Source of the DNA: a bacterium
GTDB taxonomy: Bacteria; Electryoneota; JAOADG01
Assembly (NCBI GenBank): GCA_963681965.1
Contig: OY820579.1
Coordinates: forward strand, 1,216,001 to 1,280,000
Direction: 5' to 3'
DNA length: 64,000 bases
Under the pieces are notes generated by a model. That model was given only the letters and a program-made list of their open reading frames with translations. It was not told the origin of the DNA and searched no databases. A program made the translations under genes and the position numbers. This document shows, in pieces, positions 9,897 to 21,700 of this stretch. Numbering within the stretch: the first letter of the stretch is position 1; each line of letters starts with the position of its first letter.

Positions 9897-11342
9897 ATGA
9901 AGAAGATGATACGGACTGTGGTTTTGCTTCTCATTGTTATTGGTATTGCAAATGCAGAATCAGTTCAAGACTCATTATCAAATCGAATCGCCGATCTAAA
10001 GGGACAGGTCGAGGGAATAAATGAAACGGTGCTTGCTATGCAAAGCACTGTCGATGCGTTATCGAAGATTAAATTCTCTGGTTACCTCCAAACACAATTT
10101 CAAGTAAATGGGATGGATGGTGGTAAAAATGTCGCAGGTGGAGATTTTACAGCTAACACGCATTCACGGTTCCAGCTTCGCCGCGGTCGGTTAAAGGCGA
10201 TGTACGATAACGGTCTTTCGCAGTATGTGATCCAGATCGATGTGACTCCTGCCGGTGTCGGCATTAAAGATGCTTATGTCACGATCAAGGAACCATGGTT
10301 GAAGTGGGTATCGCTGACGAGTGGTGTTTTTGATCGACCGTTCGGATTCGAAATTTCGTATTCCTCGAGCAGTAGAGAAGCACCTGAACGCTCCCGTCTA
10401 TTCCAAACGATGTTCCCGGGAGAACGAGATCTCGGAGCCAAAATCGAAGTTAATCCCGATAAAGGTCTACTGAGTCACTTTAACCTAAAGCTTGGTATCG
10501 TAAACGGTATGGGTCCGACGACTACAAACCTAACAACTTATACTAGCACCAGCACCCCAAATCATACAAATTCTTCTACTGCAACGGACTCAATTAAGTC
10601 GGTTTCAACAACAACCGTAACGAACTCATCTTCGAGTGTTTTCGAAAACGACAACATCAAAGATCTGATCGGACGAATCGGTTTCACCGCACCAATGGTA
10701 GATCAAAATCTCGAAATCGACGGTGGTGTGTCTTGGTATCAAGGAAAGGTAACATCCAATTCACCGGATGTTTACTCTTACGAAAAATCTCAAAAAATGT
10801 ATGTCAAAAAGTCCGATGCAGCGAATATTAACAAGCATTTCGATCGTAGCTATCTCGGACTAGATGTACAACTTTACTATGACTTACCATTCGCTCAGAA
10901 TATGGGATTTTCGCTGCGCGGCGAATATATCTCCGGCAAGCAGCCCGGAACCAGCGGATCCAGCGGTTTTTATAACCCATCTTCAAAAGCAGATGTGCAA
11001 GCCCTTTACAATCGAAATTTCATGGGCTATTACGTCAATTACGTGCAGAACCTAGGTCTAAAGAATCAACTGGTTGTCAAGTATGATGCATATGATCCAA
11101 ATACCGATGCCAGCGGATCGGATATCGGATCGACCGGTTCCAATTTGAGTACTACCGATATCGCCTACAACACTTTGGGAATCGGATTGGTACACCACTG
11201 GGATAGCAATGTCAAGTTCACGCTCTACTACGATATCGTAAAGAATGAGACCGTGAATAGTGCTGCTTCCGGAAGTTTAGCTACACTTAAAGATGATTTG
11301 AAGGATAATGTCTTAACCCTGCGCATGCAATATAAGTTTTAA
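9897..11342 (+). CDS. Putative phosphate-selective porin (OprO/P-like)
   Basis: Signal peptide from MKKMIR, N-terminal coiled coil, FQLRRGRLK, KDAYV, PFGFEISYSSS, C-terminal QYKF; first gene of the pst operon. Confidence 0.75.
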   Translation: MKKMIRTVVLLLIVIGIANAESVQDSLSNRIADLKGQVEGINETVLAMQSTVDALSKIKFSGYLQTQFQVNGMDGGKNVAGGDFTANTHSRFQLRRGRLKAMYDNGLSQYVIQIDVTPAGVGIKDAYVTIKEPWLKWVSLTSGVFDRPFGFEISYSSSSREAPERSRLFQTMFPGERDLGAKIEVNPDKGLLSHFNLKLGIVNGMGPTTTNLTTYTSTSTPNHTNSSTATDSIKSVSTTTVTNSSSSVFENDNIKDLIGRIGFTAPMVDQNLEIDGGVSWYQGKVTSNSPDVYSYEKSQKMYVKKSDAANINKHFDRSYLGLDVQLYYDLPFAQNMGFSLRGEYISGKQPGTSGSSGFYNPSSKADVQALYNRNFMGYYVNYVQNLGLKNQLVVKYDAYDPNTDASGSDIGSTGSNLSTTDIAYNTLGIGLVHHWDSNVKFTLYYDIVKNETVNSAASGSLATLKDDLKDNVLTLRMQYKF

Positions 11343-11350
11343 ACTGTGGG

Positions 11351-12187
11351 ATGAAAGGAAATTCTATGCGATCATTACTTTTAATAGCCGTCCTGCTGAT
11401 TGTCACTTCATTAGCGATCAGCGGTGAAACGATCACTGTCAAAGGTTCCGATACGATGGTGATTCTGGCGCAACGGTGGGCGGAGCGATATATGTCTGCC
11501 AATCCGGATGCTACCATTCAGGTCACTGGTGGCGGTTCCGGTGTGGGATTGTCGGCACTGATCAATGGAACAACCGATATCGCTAATTCATCGCGACCGA
11601 TTAAATCGAGCGAACGTGAAAAACTAAAGCAGCGATACAATACTCTTGGTGTCGAAGTGAAAGTTGCTCGCGATGGTCTTTCACTTTATCTGAATGAAAC
11701 GAATTCCATTAAGGAATTGTCACTCAGTCAGATTAAGGATATCTATACCGGAAAGATCAATAATTGGAAACAAATTGGCGGACAGGATGCAAAGATCATC
11801 CTTTACGGTCGCGAGAACAGTTCTGGTACTTATGTCTATTTCAAGGACAATGTCCTCGAAGGAGCCGACTTCACATCTACGATGCAGTCGCTTCCCGGTA
11901 CGGCAGCGGTAGTGAATGCGGTATCGAAAGACAAAAATAGTATCGGTTTCGGCGGTGCTGCCTATGCGAAAGGCGTTAAGTATGTAGCGGTCAAGAAAGA
12001 TGCTGGCTCCCCAGCATACGAGCCGACCGAAGCCAACGTCCGCAATGGCAACTATCCCATCAGCCGGTTTCTATTCATGTATTTGCGCAGCAAACCGACT
12101 GGTGCTGTGAAAAAGTACATTGATTGGATCTTGAGTAATGATGGTCAGAAAGTGGTGGTCGAAACCGGTTACTTCCCGATTCGATAA
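11351..12187 (+). CDS. pstS: Phosphate ABC transporter substrate-binding protein
   Basis: KGSDTM, GGGSGVG, DIANSSR, GRENSSGTY, YPISRFL. Confidence 0.95.
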   Translation: MKGNSMRSLLLIAVLLIVTSLAISGETITVKGSDTMVILAQRWAERYMSANPDATIQVTGGGSGVGLSALINGTTDIANSSRPIKSSEREKLKQRYNTLGVEVKVARDGLSLYLNETNSIKELSLSQIKDIYTGKINNWKQIGGQDAKIILYGRENSSGTYVYFKDNVLEGADFTSTMQSLPGTAAVVNAVSKDKNSIGFGGAAYAKGVKYVAVKKDAGSPAYEPTEANVRNGNYPISRFLFMYLRSKPTGAVKKYIDWILSNDGQKVVVETGYFPIR

Positions 12188-12190
12188 TCC

Positions 12191-13219
12191 ATGAAATTTA
12201 CAACTGCAATATTTCGCAAGCCGATATACCTAATCGATTTCACTGCCGAAGTGGTGGTGAAATCGGTTGCGTTTATCTGTTTGATCACCATCTTTCTGAT
12301 TTTTGTGTTTGTCTTTCGGGAAGCATATCCCCTATTCTTTTTGAAGCAACAAAAAGCAACTACGCAACAAGTCGACCAGTCCGAAAACTATGGCGAAGAC
12401 AGTACAACGGTTTCTGCAACCACTATCCAACGTGATGATCGGGAATCGTCGGAACCGAGATTTACGGCTGGTCAATTGGCTGGAACCGAGTGGCAACCGG
12501 TATCGGGAAAGCCTCTCTTCGGTCTTCTACCCTTGCTATGGGGAAGTTTCAAAGTCACGTTGATCGCAATTCTGCTAGCGGGTCCGATCGGTATTCTTGC
12601 AGCATTATATACTACTCAGTTTGCTCCAAAATGGATGAAAGAACTACTAAAACCGGCAATCGAACTGTTAGCCGGGATCCCATCGGTGGTGATCGGTTTC
12701 TTCGCATTGATCGTGCTTGCAACACTGTTTCAGAAATCATTGGGACTCCAGTATCGACTTAATGCATTCACCGGTGGTGTTGCTTTATCGTTGGCAGTCA
12801 TTCCGATTATTTACACAATCACTGAGGAAGCTTTGAATGCCGTTCCGAAGAATCTTAGCGAAGCGGCTTTGGCACTTGGTGCGACGAAGTGGGAAACGGC
12901 TTTGAATGTTATTCTACCGGCAGCAACTCCCGGTGTAGTGGCATCCCTTATTCTCGGGTTTGGTCGCGCGTTTGGTGAAACGATGATCGTTCTACTCGCT
13001 ACTGGAAATGCCGCAACACTTTCCTTATCGCCATTCGAACCGGTTCGAACACTAAGTGCTACGATCGGTGCCGAGATGGCTGAGGTGGTGTTCGGAGACA
13101 CGCACTATGGTGTATTGTTCTTCATTGGAACCTTGCTCTTTCTTATCACATTTACTTTGAATGCCGTTACCGAGTTCTATGTCCGCAAGAAATTGTTAAA
13201 ACGGTTTCGGGGGGCATAA
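12191..13219 (+). CDS. pstC: Phosphate ABC transporter permease
   Basis: [35 protein letters not shown]. Confidence 0.95.
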   Translation: MKFTTAIFRKPIYLIDFTAEVVVKSVAFICLITIFLIFVFVFREAYPLFFLKQQKATTQQVDQSENYGEDSTTVSATTIQRDDRESSEPRFTAGQLAGTEWQPVSGKPLFGLLPLLWGSFKVTLIAILLAGPIGILAALYTTQFAPKWMKELLKPAIELLAGIPSVVIGFFALIVLATLFQKSLGLQYRLNAFTGGVALSLAVIPIIYTITEEALNAVPKNLSEAALALGATKWETALNVILPAATPGVVASLILGFGRAFGETMIVLLATGNAATLSLSPFEPVRTLSATIGAEMAEVVFGDTHYGVLFFIGTLLFLITFTLNAVTEFYVRKKLLKRFRGA

Positions 13220-13222
13220 CGA

Positions 13223-14137
13223 GTGCGATTAACTACCAAAAAGAAAATCTATGGATCGCTGTTGCTTGCAATCAGCGCTGGTTCGGCATTACTAGTAATC
13301 GGTGTCGTATTATTCATCTTGGGAGATATCGCCATCGGTGGATACCGACACATCACCTGGGAATTTCTGACTACTGTCCCAAAAGAAGGGATGACTGAGG
13401 GGGGAATCTTTCCCGCGATCATTGGGACATTCTTACTAGTACTAATCATGTCGATTGCAGGAATCCCAGTAGGTACGATTACGGCGATTTACTTGAGTGA
13501 ATATGCGAAACAGACTTCAATTTGGGCACGATTGATCCGATTTTCCGTCAACACTTTAGCTGGTGTTCCATCCATTGTCTTTGGATTGTTTGGACTCGGT
13601 TTCTTCATTCAGTTTGCCGGGCGAGGAATCGACTCGGTTTTTCTCGATGGAAAACTCCATTGGGGACAACCCAATATTCTCTGGGCAAGTTTGACGATGG
13701 CGCTTCTAACACTCCCGGTAGTTATCGTGTCGGTGGAGGAAGCACTTCATAATGTGCCTCGCGAACTTCGTGAAGGTGCATTGGCACTGGGAGCAACTAA
13801 GTGGCAGGTGATTTGGCATGTGGTCATTCCCAATTCTCTTTCCGGAATTATGACCGGAGGGATATTAGCTGTTTCGCGAGGAGCCGGGGAAGTTGCGCCG
13901 ATACTATTTACCGGTGCTGCTTACTTTCTTCCGAAGCTGCCAAAATCATTCTCGGATCAGTTTATGGAGTTGGGGTATCATGTGTATATCATGACCACCC
14001 AGTCGACCGATGTCGAAGGAACGCGCGGTATTCAGTATGCGACTACACTGGTGTTGCTGCTGTTGACGTTTTCCCTCAATTTTTCCGCTTTTTTTCTTCG
14101 CTATCGGATGAGGCAAAATAGAATTCAGAATATTTAG
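13223..14137 (+). CDS. pstA: Phosphate ABC transporter permease
   Basis: [33 protein letters not shown]; GTG start. Confidence 0.95.
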   Translation: MRLTTKKKIYGSLLLAISAGSALLVIGVVLFILGDIAIGGYRHITWEFLTTVPKEGMTEGGIFPAIIGTFLLVLIMSIAGIPVGTITAIYLSEYAKQTSIWARLIRFSVNTLAGVPSIVFGLFGLGFFIQFAGRGIDSVFLDGKLHWGQPNILWASLTMALLTLPVVIVSVEEALHNVPRELREGALALGATKWQVIWHVVIPNSLSGIMTGGILAVSRGAGEVAPILFTGAAYFLPKLPKSFSDQFMELGYHVYIMTTQSTDVEGTRGIQYATTLVLLLLTFSLNFSAFFLRYRMRQNRIQNI

Positions 14138-14139
14138 GA

Positions 14140-14919
14140 GTGGAACACTTGACGAAATCGAAACTCGAATTACGGATGAGCAGTGATAAACTATCGGTAT
14201 TCTACGGCAAGAAACAAGCGTTAAAAGAGATCACTCTCCCGATCTATACCAATCAAGTTACTGCGCTGATTGGACCTTCCGGTTGCGGTAAATCGACTTT
14301 TCTACGGACTCTTAATCGGATGAATGATCTAATCGAGAATATTCGTATTGAGGGAATCATTGAACTGGATGGGTCGGATATCTATCGTAGCCAGATCGAT
14401 CTTGTGAATCTGCGGAAGCGGGTAGGAATGATCTTTCAGAGATCGAATCCATTTCCAAAATCGATTTTCGAAAATGTCGCATTCGGACCGAAACTATACG
14501 GAATCCGCGATCGCAATGAGTTGTATGAAATTGTCGAGCGAACTTTAAAACAGGCAGCACTTTGGGAGGAAGTCAAGGATGATCTGAACAAGAGCGCACT
14601 TGCGCTTTCAGGAGGACAACAGCAACGCCTTTGCATCGCCCGGGCGTTGGCAGTGGAACCTGAAGTATTGTTGATGGATGAACCTGCTAGTGCACTTGAT
14701 CCCATCGCAACAGCTCGCATCGAGGAACTGATTGGTCAATTGAAAGCAAAATATACCATTGTCATCGTGACTCATAACATGCAACAGGCTGCGCGCGTCA
14801 GTGATCGAACCGGTTTCTTCTATTTGGGTGAATTGATAGAATTCGATGAAACCGTTAAAATCTTCACACATCCCGGCAAGAAGCAAACTGAGGACTACAT
14901 TAGTGGTCGATTTGGGTGA
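14140..14919 (+). CDS. pstB: Phosphate ABC transporter ATP-binding protein
   Basis: [42 protein letters not shown]. Confidence 0.97.
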   Translation: MEHLTKSKLELRMSSDKLSVFYGKKQALKEITLPIYTNQVTALIGPSGCGKSTFLRTLNRMNDLIENIRIEGIIELDGSDIYRSQIDLVNLRKRVGMIFQRSNPFPKSIFENVAFGPKLYGIRDRNELYEIVERTLKQAALWEEVKDDLNKSALALSGGQQQRLCIARALAVEPEVLLMDEPASALDPIATARIEELIGQLKAKYTIVIVTHNMQQAARVSDRTGFFYLGELIEFDETVKIFTHPGKKQTEDYISGRFG

Positions 14920-15148
14920 TCTATCACATAGTTAATCTATATACCATTAATGAGCTCAACAGAGACCTAAATAGTCCATGATTTATAAATTGGTTCTGTA
15001 TCAAGAAAATTAATTAAATTCTAATGCTAGCTTTTTGATAAAAAGTGCGCATATCCGTTCCAGATTCTCGTGCGAGTAATTGAATTATTCTTCGCTTTCT
15101 ATTGAATGGAAGTAAATTTTATCCCGAGAAATTGAAGACTAGGTTGCA

Positions 15149-18100
15149 TCACTTCATCAAGATTAGCTTCCTTACTGCATGGTTTTTACCAGCATGGAAA
15201 GACAACCAATAAATACCACTGAGATGATCAGCACCATTCCAGCGAATAGAGTGTGAACCGGCTGACAAATACCCCTGCAGTAAAGTACTAATCAGTCGTC
15301 CGGTAACATCATAAACCTCAATCTTGACAGCAGACTGTACCGGTAGATTGAAACGAATTGTTGTTTCTGGATTGAAGGGGTTGGGGTATGGGTCATGCAC
15401 AAAAAAAACGGTCGGGAGTTCATCGGTTTGCTCTGCAATTCCATCAACTGAAGTAATAAAATGGTTCGTCGCTGAGTACTGTCCCTCGCCGCTTGCATTT
15501 GCGCCACATACGTTCCAATAATAGTTCGTATTGGATTGTAACAAACGGGTCGAGAAGGTTAGATGCGAAGTAGTATCGTTAATTACTGGGGACCAGAATT
15601 GCGGGTCATCATCAACCTTGATCCGGTAGTAATTAGCATTCGTAGCAGCTTGCCATGAAAATTGCGTCGGATTAATCGCCACATTACTTGCACCGTTGGA
15701 CGGCAAAGTAAGTATCGGGACAACTGGTAACGTTTCCGAGATGGTGGTAAAATAGAACGCTTCAGACCAATTAGAGTAGCCTACCCGATTTCTCTCGCGG
15801 ACATGCCAATAGTAGGTCGTTGAATAGGATAAGTTAGAACAGGTAACATTGTTCGATCGAAGATTTGTATAGTTCCTTACATTCAGATCAAATGATGAAG
15901 ATGTCGCGATTTGTAGTTGACAAGTATCGGCAGTTGGTATCACGCTCCAACTTAACGTTGGTTCAAGCGATACATCGGTCGCTCCATTCGTCGGTGTTAC
16001 TAATGTTGGCGGATTAGGTACCGTTACCGAAACTGTCGTAAAATGAAATGTGTTTGACCAATTGGATAAGCCGATATGATTTCGAGCCAGAACTCGCCAA
16101 TAATAAGTCGTCGAATTTGCAAGGGTGATTGAAGAGCATGTATAGGAATTATTATTGATATAATTTGAATTAATCAAAATCGAACTAAAATCTGGTGAAC
16201 TTGACAATTGTAAATAATACGTACTGGCATTGTAAATTCGATTCCAACTTAACGTTGGAGACAGCAATACACTGATAGAGCCGTCTTCAGGCGAAACTAG
16301 CTCGGGAGGATTCGGGGTAGTTTCAGCGTTCGTTGTGAATTGATAGACTATGGACCAATTAGATGTGCCAGCAGAATTTGTTGCTCGAACGCGCCAATAG
16401 TAAGTCAATGAATACAATAACCACGAGACATCGTAATGAGTCTGTGTTAGACCTGTAACATCATATGGTAAATATAAAAAATCGGATTCAGTTGAAATCT
16501 GAAGCTGATAATTCTGAGCATTAGCAACTGTATTCCAACTCAATGTTGGCCAATTCAAGATATTTGTCGCGCCATTCGCTGGTGAAATCAATATTGGTGG
16601 GCTTGGAAATCCAATCGGAAGTGTTGTAAAATGATCGCTGGTCCACCCTGAACTATCGGTACTGTTTACCGCTCTTACACGCCAATAGTATGTAGTCGAG
16701 TTATTTAATGTCGTACCGGTATAACAGGTATCCGTTAGGTTGGCTTGATTGATAATTAAATTCGTAAAATTCGATGATGTTGATAGCTGAAGGCGGTAAT
16801 TCAACGCACTTATCATAGCTCGCCACGAGAACAATGGAATAATAGGAGTGTTGATCTCATTACTGGATGGTGCAATTAGGATCACCGGGTCCGTTGAAAT
16901 GTGTGGTGGTTCTATTACAAAGTTAGTACTAGAAGTGGTGCCACTCCAGATCGCTGCAACTTGATTTCTACTGTTGATGACAGTTTCCAGAAACGAATGA
17001 TTGGTACTGGAAACACCATTTCCCTGAGACAATGTTCCGTTATTTACCCAACTAGAACCATTATCCGTAGAATGCCATGAGGAAATCGATGAATTGATCG
17101 CCCGAAAATAAGCAGTAAGCGCTAATTTTCCAGTAGAACCGATAGCTAGCGACGGCTTCCAATAAGGATCAGTCGAGCTGGAGAAGGGCTCTGGAGTTTG
17201 CCACGAATTTCCATTATTGCTACTCACTGCACACAAGACTTGTGAGTAGGAAGCGCTAGTGTATTCGGAAGCAACAGCTACGACACCTGATTTCGCACCG
17301 ATCGAACTTGATTGTGCAGTACCATCAGAGTTATATATGACTCTAAAGATAGACCAGGAAGACGCCACTATATTTTTTGAAGCGACATAAACTCCTCCGG
17401 GCCATGCTGAATAGATCGTGGAAAGAAGAATCCGTCCATTGGTTACTGCAATCGATTTGGATCGTGAAGAATTTATCACCCCATTCGTGACGAATTCCAA
17501 TGCTGACCAGGAATTACCGCTATCGGTAGTGCGTGAATATAATAGTGAGTCGTGAGCCGTTAGCGATAAATAAAATTCAATTTCGTCACCCGAACGCTCG
17601 AGTTTGTTGGAACAGATTGAAACAGATGGAATAATTGTTGTGTTATGGCTGTAGATCGTAGTGGCATTCACGTAGTTACCGGATGTGTCCCAATGAGCGA
17701 TCATGACACTCGTTGAATTATTCGTAGTATCGTTGATCGCCAGCGCTACCAGTAAAGTGTTACGACCATTTGAAATTTCCACTGCGGGAGTACCGACAAT
17801 ATTGCCATTAGGGGCATTGGTTGTACATAGCAAATTCCATGATTGACCGAAGTCGACCGATTTATAAATTTTAAGCCAGGAATTGTGAGCGTGTATTCCA
17901 CCATACGTGCATACAGTCGCATACATGACATCATTTTCGGCAATGGCAATATTTGGTGCATAACCGGTTGTGTCTAAAACAATCACATTTACTTCATCAG
18001 TCGAAGTGACGGTTTGAGAAGAGGAGTGAATTGAGTGATTCGAGCGAGATTGCAAGATTGGATTGAAACTAGATTTCGCAGGAGTCGATTGGGATTGGGA

Positions 18101-18217
18101 CATCACCGATGACTTTTTTGTATTCCGGTCGACAGGGATTGATTGTGAGACCGGAATAATAGCGAAAAGACCAATAGCTGAAATTAATAACATCCATAAA
18201 TTCGGCGACAATTTCAT
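15149..18217 (-). CDS. Secreted protein: BNR/Asp-box propeller, five FN3-like repeats, C-terminal secretion-tail (T9SS type A-like) domain
   Basis: Signal peptide; SxDxGxSW boxes; repeated PxLxxPxNG...TYYWRVRA units; YPNPFNPET tail ending in K. Confidence 0.8.
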   Translation of the reverse strand: MKLSPNLWMLLISAIGLFAIIPVSQSIPVDRNTKKSSVMSQSQSTPAKSSFNPILQSRSNHSIHSSSQTVTSTDEVNVIVLDTTGYAPNIAIAENDVMYATVCTYGGIHAHNSWLKIYKSVDFGQSWNLLCTTNAPNGNIVGTPAVEISNGRNTLLVALAINDTTNNSTSVMIAHWDTSGNYVNATTIYSHNTTIIPSVSICSNKLERSGDEIEFYLSLTAHDSLLYSRTTDSGNSWSALEFVTNGVINSSRSKSIAVTNGRILLSTIYSAWPGGVYVASKNIVASSWSIFRVIYNSDGTAQSSSIGAKSGVVAVASEYTSASYSQVLCAVSSNNGNSWQTPEPFSSSTDPYWKPSLAIGSTGKLALTAYFRAINSSISSWHSTDNGSSWVNNGTLSQGNGVSSTNHSFLETVINSRNQVAAIWSGTTSSTNFVIEPPHISTDPVILIAPSSNEINTPIIPLFSWRAMISALNYRLQLSTSSNFTNLIINQANLTDTCYTGTTLNNSTTYYWRVRAVNSTDSSGWTSDHFTTLPIGFPSPPILISPANGATNILNWPTLSWNTVANAQNYQLQISTESDFLYLPYDVTGLTQTHYDVSWLLYSLTYYWRVRATNSAGTSNWSIVYQFTTNAETTPNPPELVSPEDGSISVLLSPTLSWNRIYNASTYYLQLSSSPDFSSILINSNYINNNSYTCSSITLANSTTYYWRVLARNHIGLSNWSNTFHFTTVSVTVPNPPTLVTPTNGATDVSLEPTLSWSVIPTADTCQLQIATSSSFDLNVRNYTNLRSNNVTCSNLSYSTTYYWHVRERNRVGYSNWSEAFYFTTISETLPVVPILTLPSNGASNVAINPTQFSWQAATNANYYRIKVDDDPQFWSPVINDTTSHLTFSTRLLQSNTNYYWNVCGANASGEGQYSATNHFITSVDGIAEQTDELPTVFFVHDPYPNPFNPETTIRFNLPVQSAVKIEVYDVTGRLISTLLQGYLSAGSHSIRWNGADHLSGIYWLSFHAGKNHAVRKLILMK

Positions 18218-18647
18218 TCTACACTCCTCTATGAAGTGAGTAAGGATTCATTGATAATCAGAGATACCCTTACTGGATCCGCGGCTAGTTTCTTATCGCA
18301 ACCAGTTAATCACCAAACATTAACTTCAATATAATATTCTCATGTAAACTTTAAAACAGAATTTTAGTTAAAACGAAATAATTATTATGGATTGGGATAA
18401 ACAACTAGTTAAATTCCTGTTCAATATACTTTTGGTAGTATTCCTTGAAGCATGAATGAACACTGTGTTGGAACAATTATAATAAAGGTTATCGCTTAAT
18501 GGAAAAAGAATGCCCGCACTAGAACCTCACTAACGCCATTTTGCACACGCAGAATTATCATAATCAATGAAGTGATGGCATCCGAAATGAATGACTTAGT
18601 AAGCTACGCGGTTCTGAATACTTCACCGATGCTCTGCACCTGAAGTG

Positions 18648-18688
18648 ATGTCACACTGGTCACATTCCTGCGTAGCGTAGCCCAGCAG
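18648..18688. repeat. 41-bp remnant of the IS3 sub-terminal sequence found at 43523..43563
   Basis: 38/41 identical to atgtcacactggtctcattcctgcgtagcgtagcggagcag. Confidence 0.75.
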
Positions 18689-18728
18689 TTGTTAGCAAGC
18701 GTTCGATTGTATCAGTTGCTGTGATTCT

Positions 18729-21700
18729 TTACTTCAGTAATATCGCTTTCTTGGTGGCAATAAAACCCGGTGCCGTAATCGAGATAAAATACACACCAGT
18801 CGAGTTGCGATCGGATTTCCATACAACCAAATGTTGTCCGGCAGTGGTCATACCTTCGTGCAAAACGGATACTTTTTGTCCGAGTGAATTGTACAACGTG
18901 ATCGTAACGAAGTCTCTTTCCGGTACATCGAATTTGATATTTACCGATGTGTTGAAAGGATTGGGATACGCCGGGAATAACTTGAAGCTGCTGGGAATAT
19001 ATTTGCTGTATCCGCTTACTGGAATCCGTAATGTATCGCTGTCGATCGCATTCGATACGATTCCGACGACTCCGGTGAAATACCCCGGCGCAATCGGTTG
19101 GAAATAAATGTGAACCGTAATCGAGTCGCCCGGTTGAATCGTCCATGAATCGCAACGGATGTAAAATGGTGGAGAGTCGATCATACTAGTAATCACTATA
19201 GGAGTATTACCGCTTGCACGCAATTTAAAGCTGACGGAATCCGCTTGCGCAGTATCGGACGCGGCAGGGAATTCGATCGACGGTATTGATGCTTTGGCGT
19301 AGCTTCCCAGTCCCAATCCCGTAACTGGTAATGCAATTGACTGGTAAGGACTCTCAAATGTTAATCTCACCGTATCGACCGATTGCAGTGAACTGTCAGG
19401 TGCGAATATTACCCATATCAGCAGAGAGTCGTTACTCACTGTAAGTGAATCGGTGTCGGGAATCAGCACCGAGAAGATTGCAGGATAATTGCATGAAGCA
19501 GAATAATATCGGAATGGTAAATTGCTTCGATTGGCGATCTTGAACATCAAAGAATCGGTAGTACCAACGCGTGTACCGGTAAAACTCAGCGTATCCGCCG
19601 ATTGATATAGATGGGCTTGCGGAATGATCGCAAAATCGTTATCGGAAGTATCGCCATAGGCATATTGCGTCATTCCACGTGCCAGCGCGCGAATGCGTGA
19701 CGAATTGGAAATTGGTGCCGAAACCGGATCGAAGATCCATTGCCCCGCATCGGTTGCGACCGAATCGACCAGTGTTTCCCACGAGCCAAAGGGGTAGTTT
19801 CGATTCAATTCGATGGTGATCCCGTACGGTAGATAAGTTCCGCTAAAGTGAATTGTATCGCGCAGACCAACCGCGAAGTGTTCACCGCCATTCGGTCGAA
19901 TGAGACTCACCGAACGTTGTACGATTGAGAACGACGAGTAGGAAATCGCGTTAACATACGAGTACTCATTACTTCTAACTCTAATCCGACAGTTGGTAGA
20001 TGTTACCACAGGAGTCCAACAATAGTAATTGTGAGCCACATCGATTGGGGAAGCTAGAGTCAACCATGTTCCCGTCGGATAGTTGGAATTGACTGCGATC
20101 GAAACCGTGCCAGTAAGATTTGACGCTGTCCATCGGATCGTATCCTGTTCGCCGCGATAGTAAGTTTCACCGCCATTTGGTTGAATGAGACGCACCGAAC
20201 GTTGAACGATTGAGAACGACGAGTCGGAAATCGCTTCAACACTAGAGTATTCATTACTCCTTATCCTAATCCGACAGTTGGTTGATGTTACTGCAGGAGT
20301 CCAACAATAATAATTGCGAGTGACATCGACTGCGGAATCCAGAGTTAACCATGTTCCAGCCGGATAGTCGGGATTGAATGCAATCGAAACCGTTCCGGTC
20401 AGATTTGGTGCTGTCCATCGGATCGTATCCTGTTCGCCGCGATAGCAAGTTTCACCGCCATTTGGATGGAGTAGAGCGATCAATGAAGAGTGAATTCGAA
20501 CATTCGTAACAAAAAGATCCGGACCATAACCATTACCGGAAACAAGTGCAAACTGAACATACGGTTGACCCAAGCAACCGGTTCCTGCAAGCGAAATCGA
20601 AGCATGACCCCAGGTACCAACTGTCGCTGGTGCGTTATAACTACCCCCTGTACCGGCTGGGAGCGAGTCATCGCCAGTGCCGCGTCCCCAGCGCTTCCAG
20701 ATGGTTGACCAGCTAGCTCCACCATCCAGTGTGTATTTGATCATTAACGAGTCATTATAACTATAATTGTACTGATGTGACCAGTCGAAATCGAAACTGG
20801 CGGAAGTAACGCCAACTGTCGTAACAATCGGGGTTATCAGATAATCCATCTGATCTTGTGAAGAATACATCCACCAGTTCATATGTGCACTGTACGGAGA
20901 ATTATACTGAGTCCAAGTAATGGCCGAATCGGGATTGATAATCATCCATTCCGCTGGTGGAAAAGGACCGCTGAAGTTTTCTATAATCGGTAGGTTATGG
21001 ACTGCCATTGCCGTACCGGTTACGTTGATTATTACCGGGTTATTGATTGCATTGGAGATAAACGTTAAAGTACCGGCAATTGCGCCACCTTGAGTAGGCA
21101 ACCAGATGAGGTCAATATTCTGAGTACTACCGGGAGCGATCGTTTGCGAATTCCAGCTCGTGGTTACTGCGGGATTGCTGGAAGCGACATAGGAAATTAA
21201 CAATGGCGTGCTACCGGTATTTCGAACCGCATAGGTTAACGTTGCTGGCATTCCAACTCTATGAATTCCGAGATCCGCAGAAGTAATCGGTGTCGCCGAA
21301 GATGTGGTTGTGAACGCTAATGTCGGTAATGACAAGGTCGAACCGTTCACTGCGGCAAATCCAGTGGAAGTCGCATTTGCATTGGTTGAGAATACACGAT
21401 ACCAGTAATGAGTATTGGTCGTTAAGCCCGCATCCACAAACGTGACTATACCCGAACCGGCATGTGCGGGAAGAGTTGAATTGTAATAAAAAGTGATACC
21501 ATCTAATGAGCGCTGAACGATGAAACCAGTTTCGTTAGCCGAATTATCCCGGAATGAACCAGTTATCGTAGACAAGGTTGCTGCGACAAATTGACCATTA
21601 TCTGGAGCATTCGGTGCAATACCTCGACCGGATTGGAATGACCAGGGAGGACCGGTCATAACTGTCGAACCCATGCGGGAAGCAACGCGCCAATAGTACA

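Noticed and set aside
18712-19155. Alternative-frame and antisense ORFs overlapping long genes (here and throughout the ORF track)
   Set aside because: They overlap well-supported genes and lack motifs; treated as shadow ORFs
19908-20465. Possible DGR template/variable repeat pair
   Set aside because: Mismatches are not adenine-specific, both copies are in frame in one gene, and no reverse transcriptase is present
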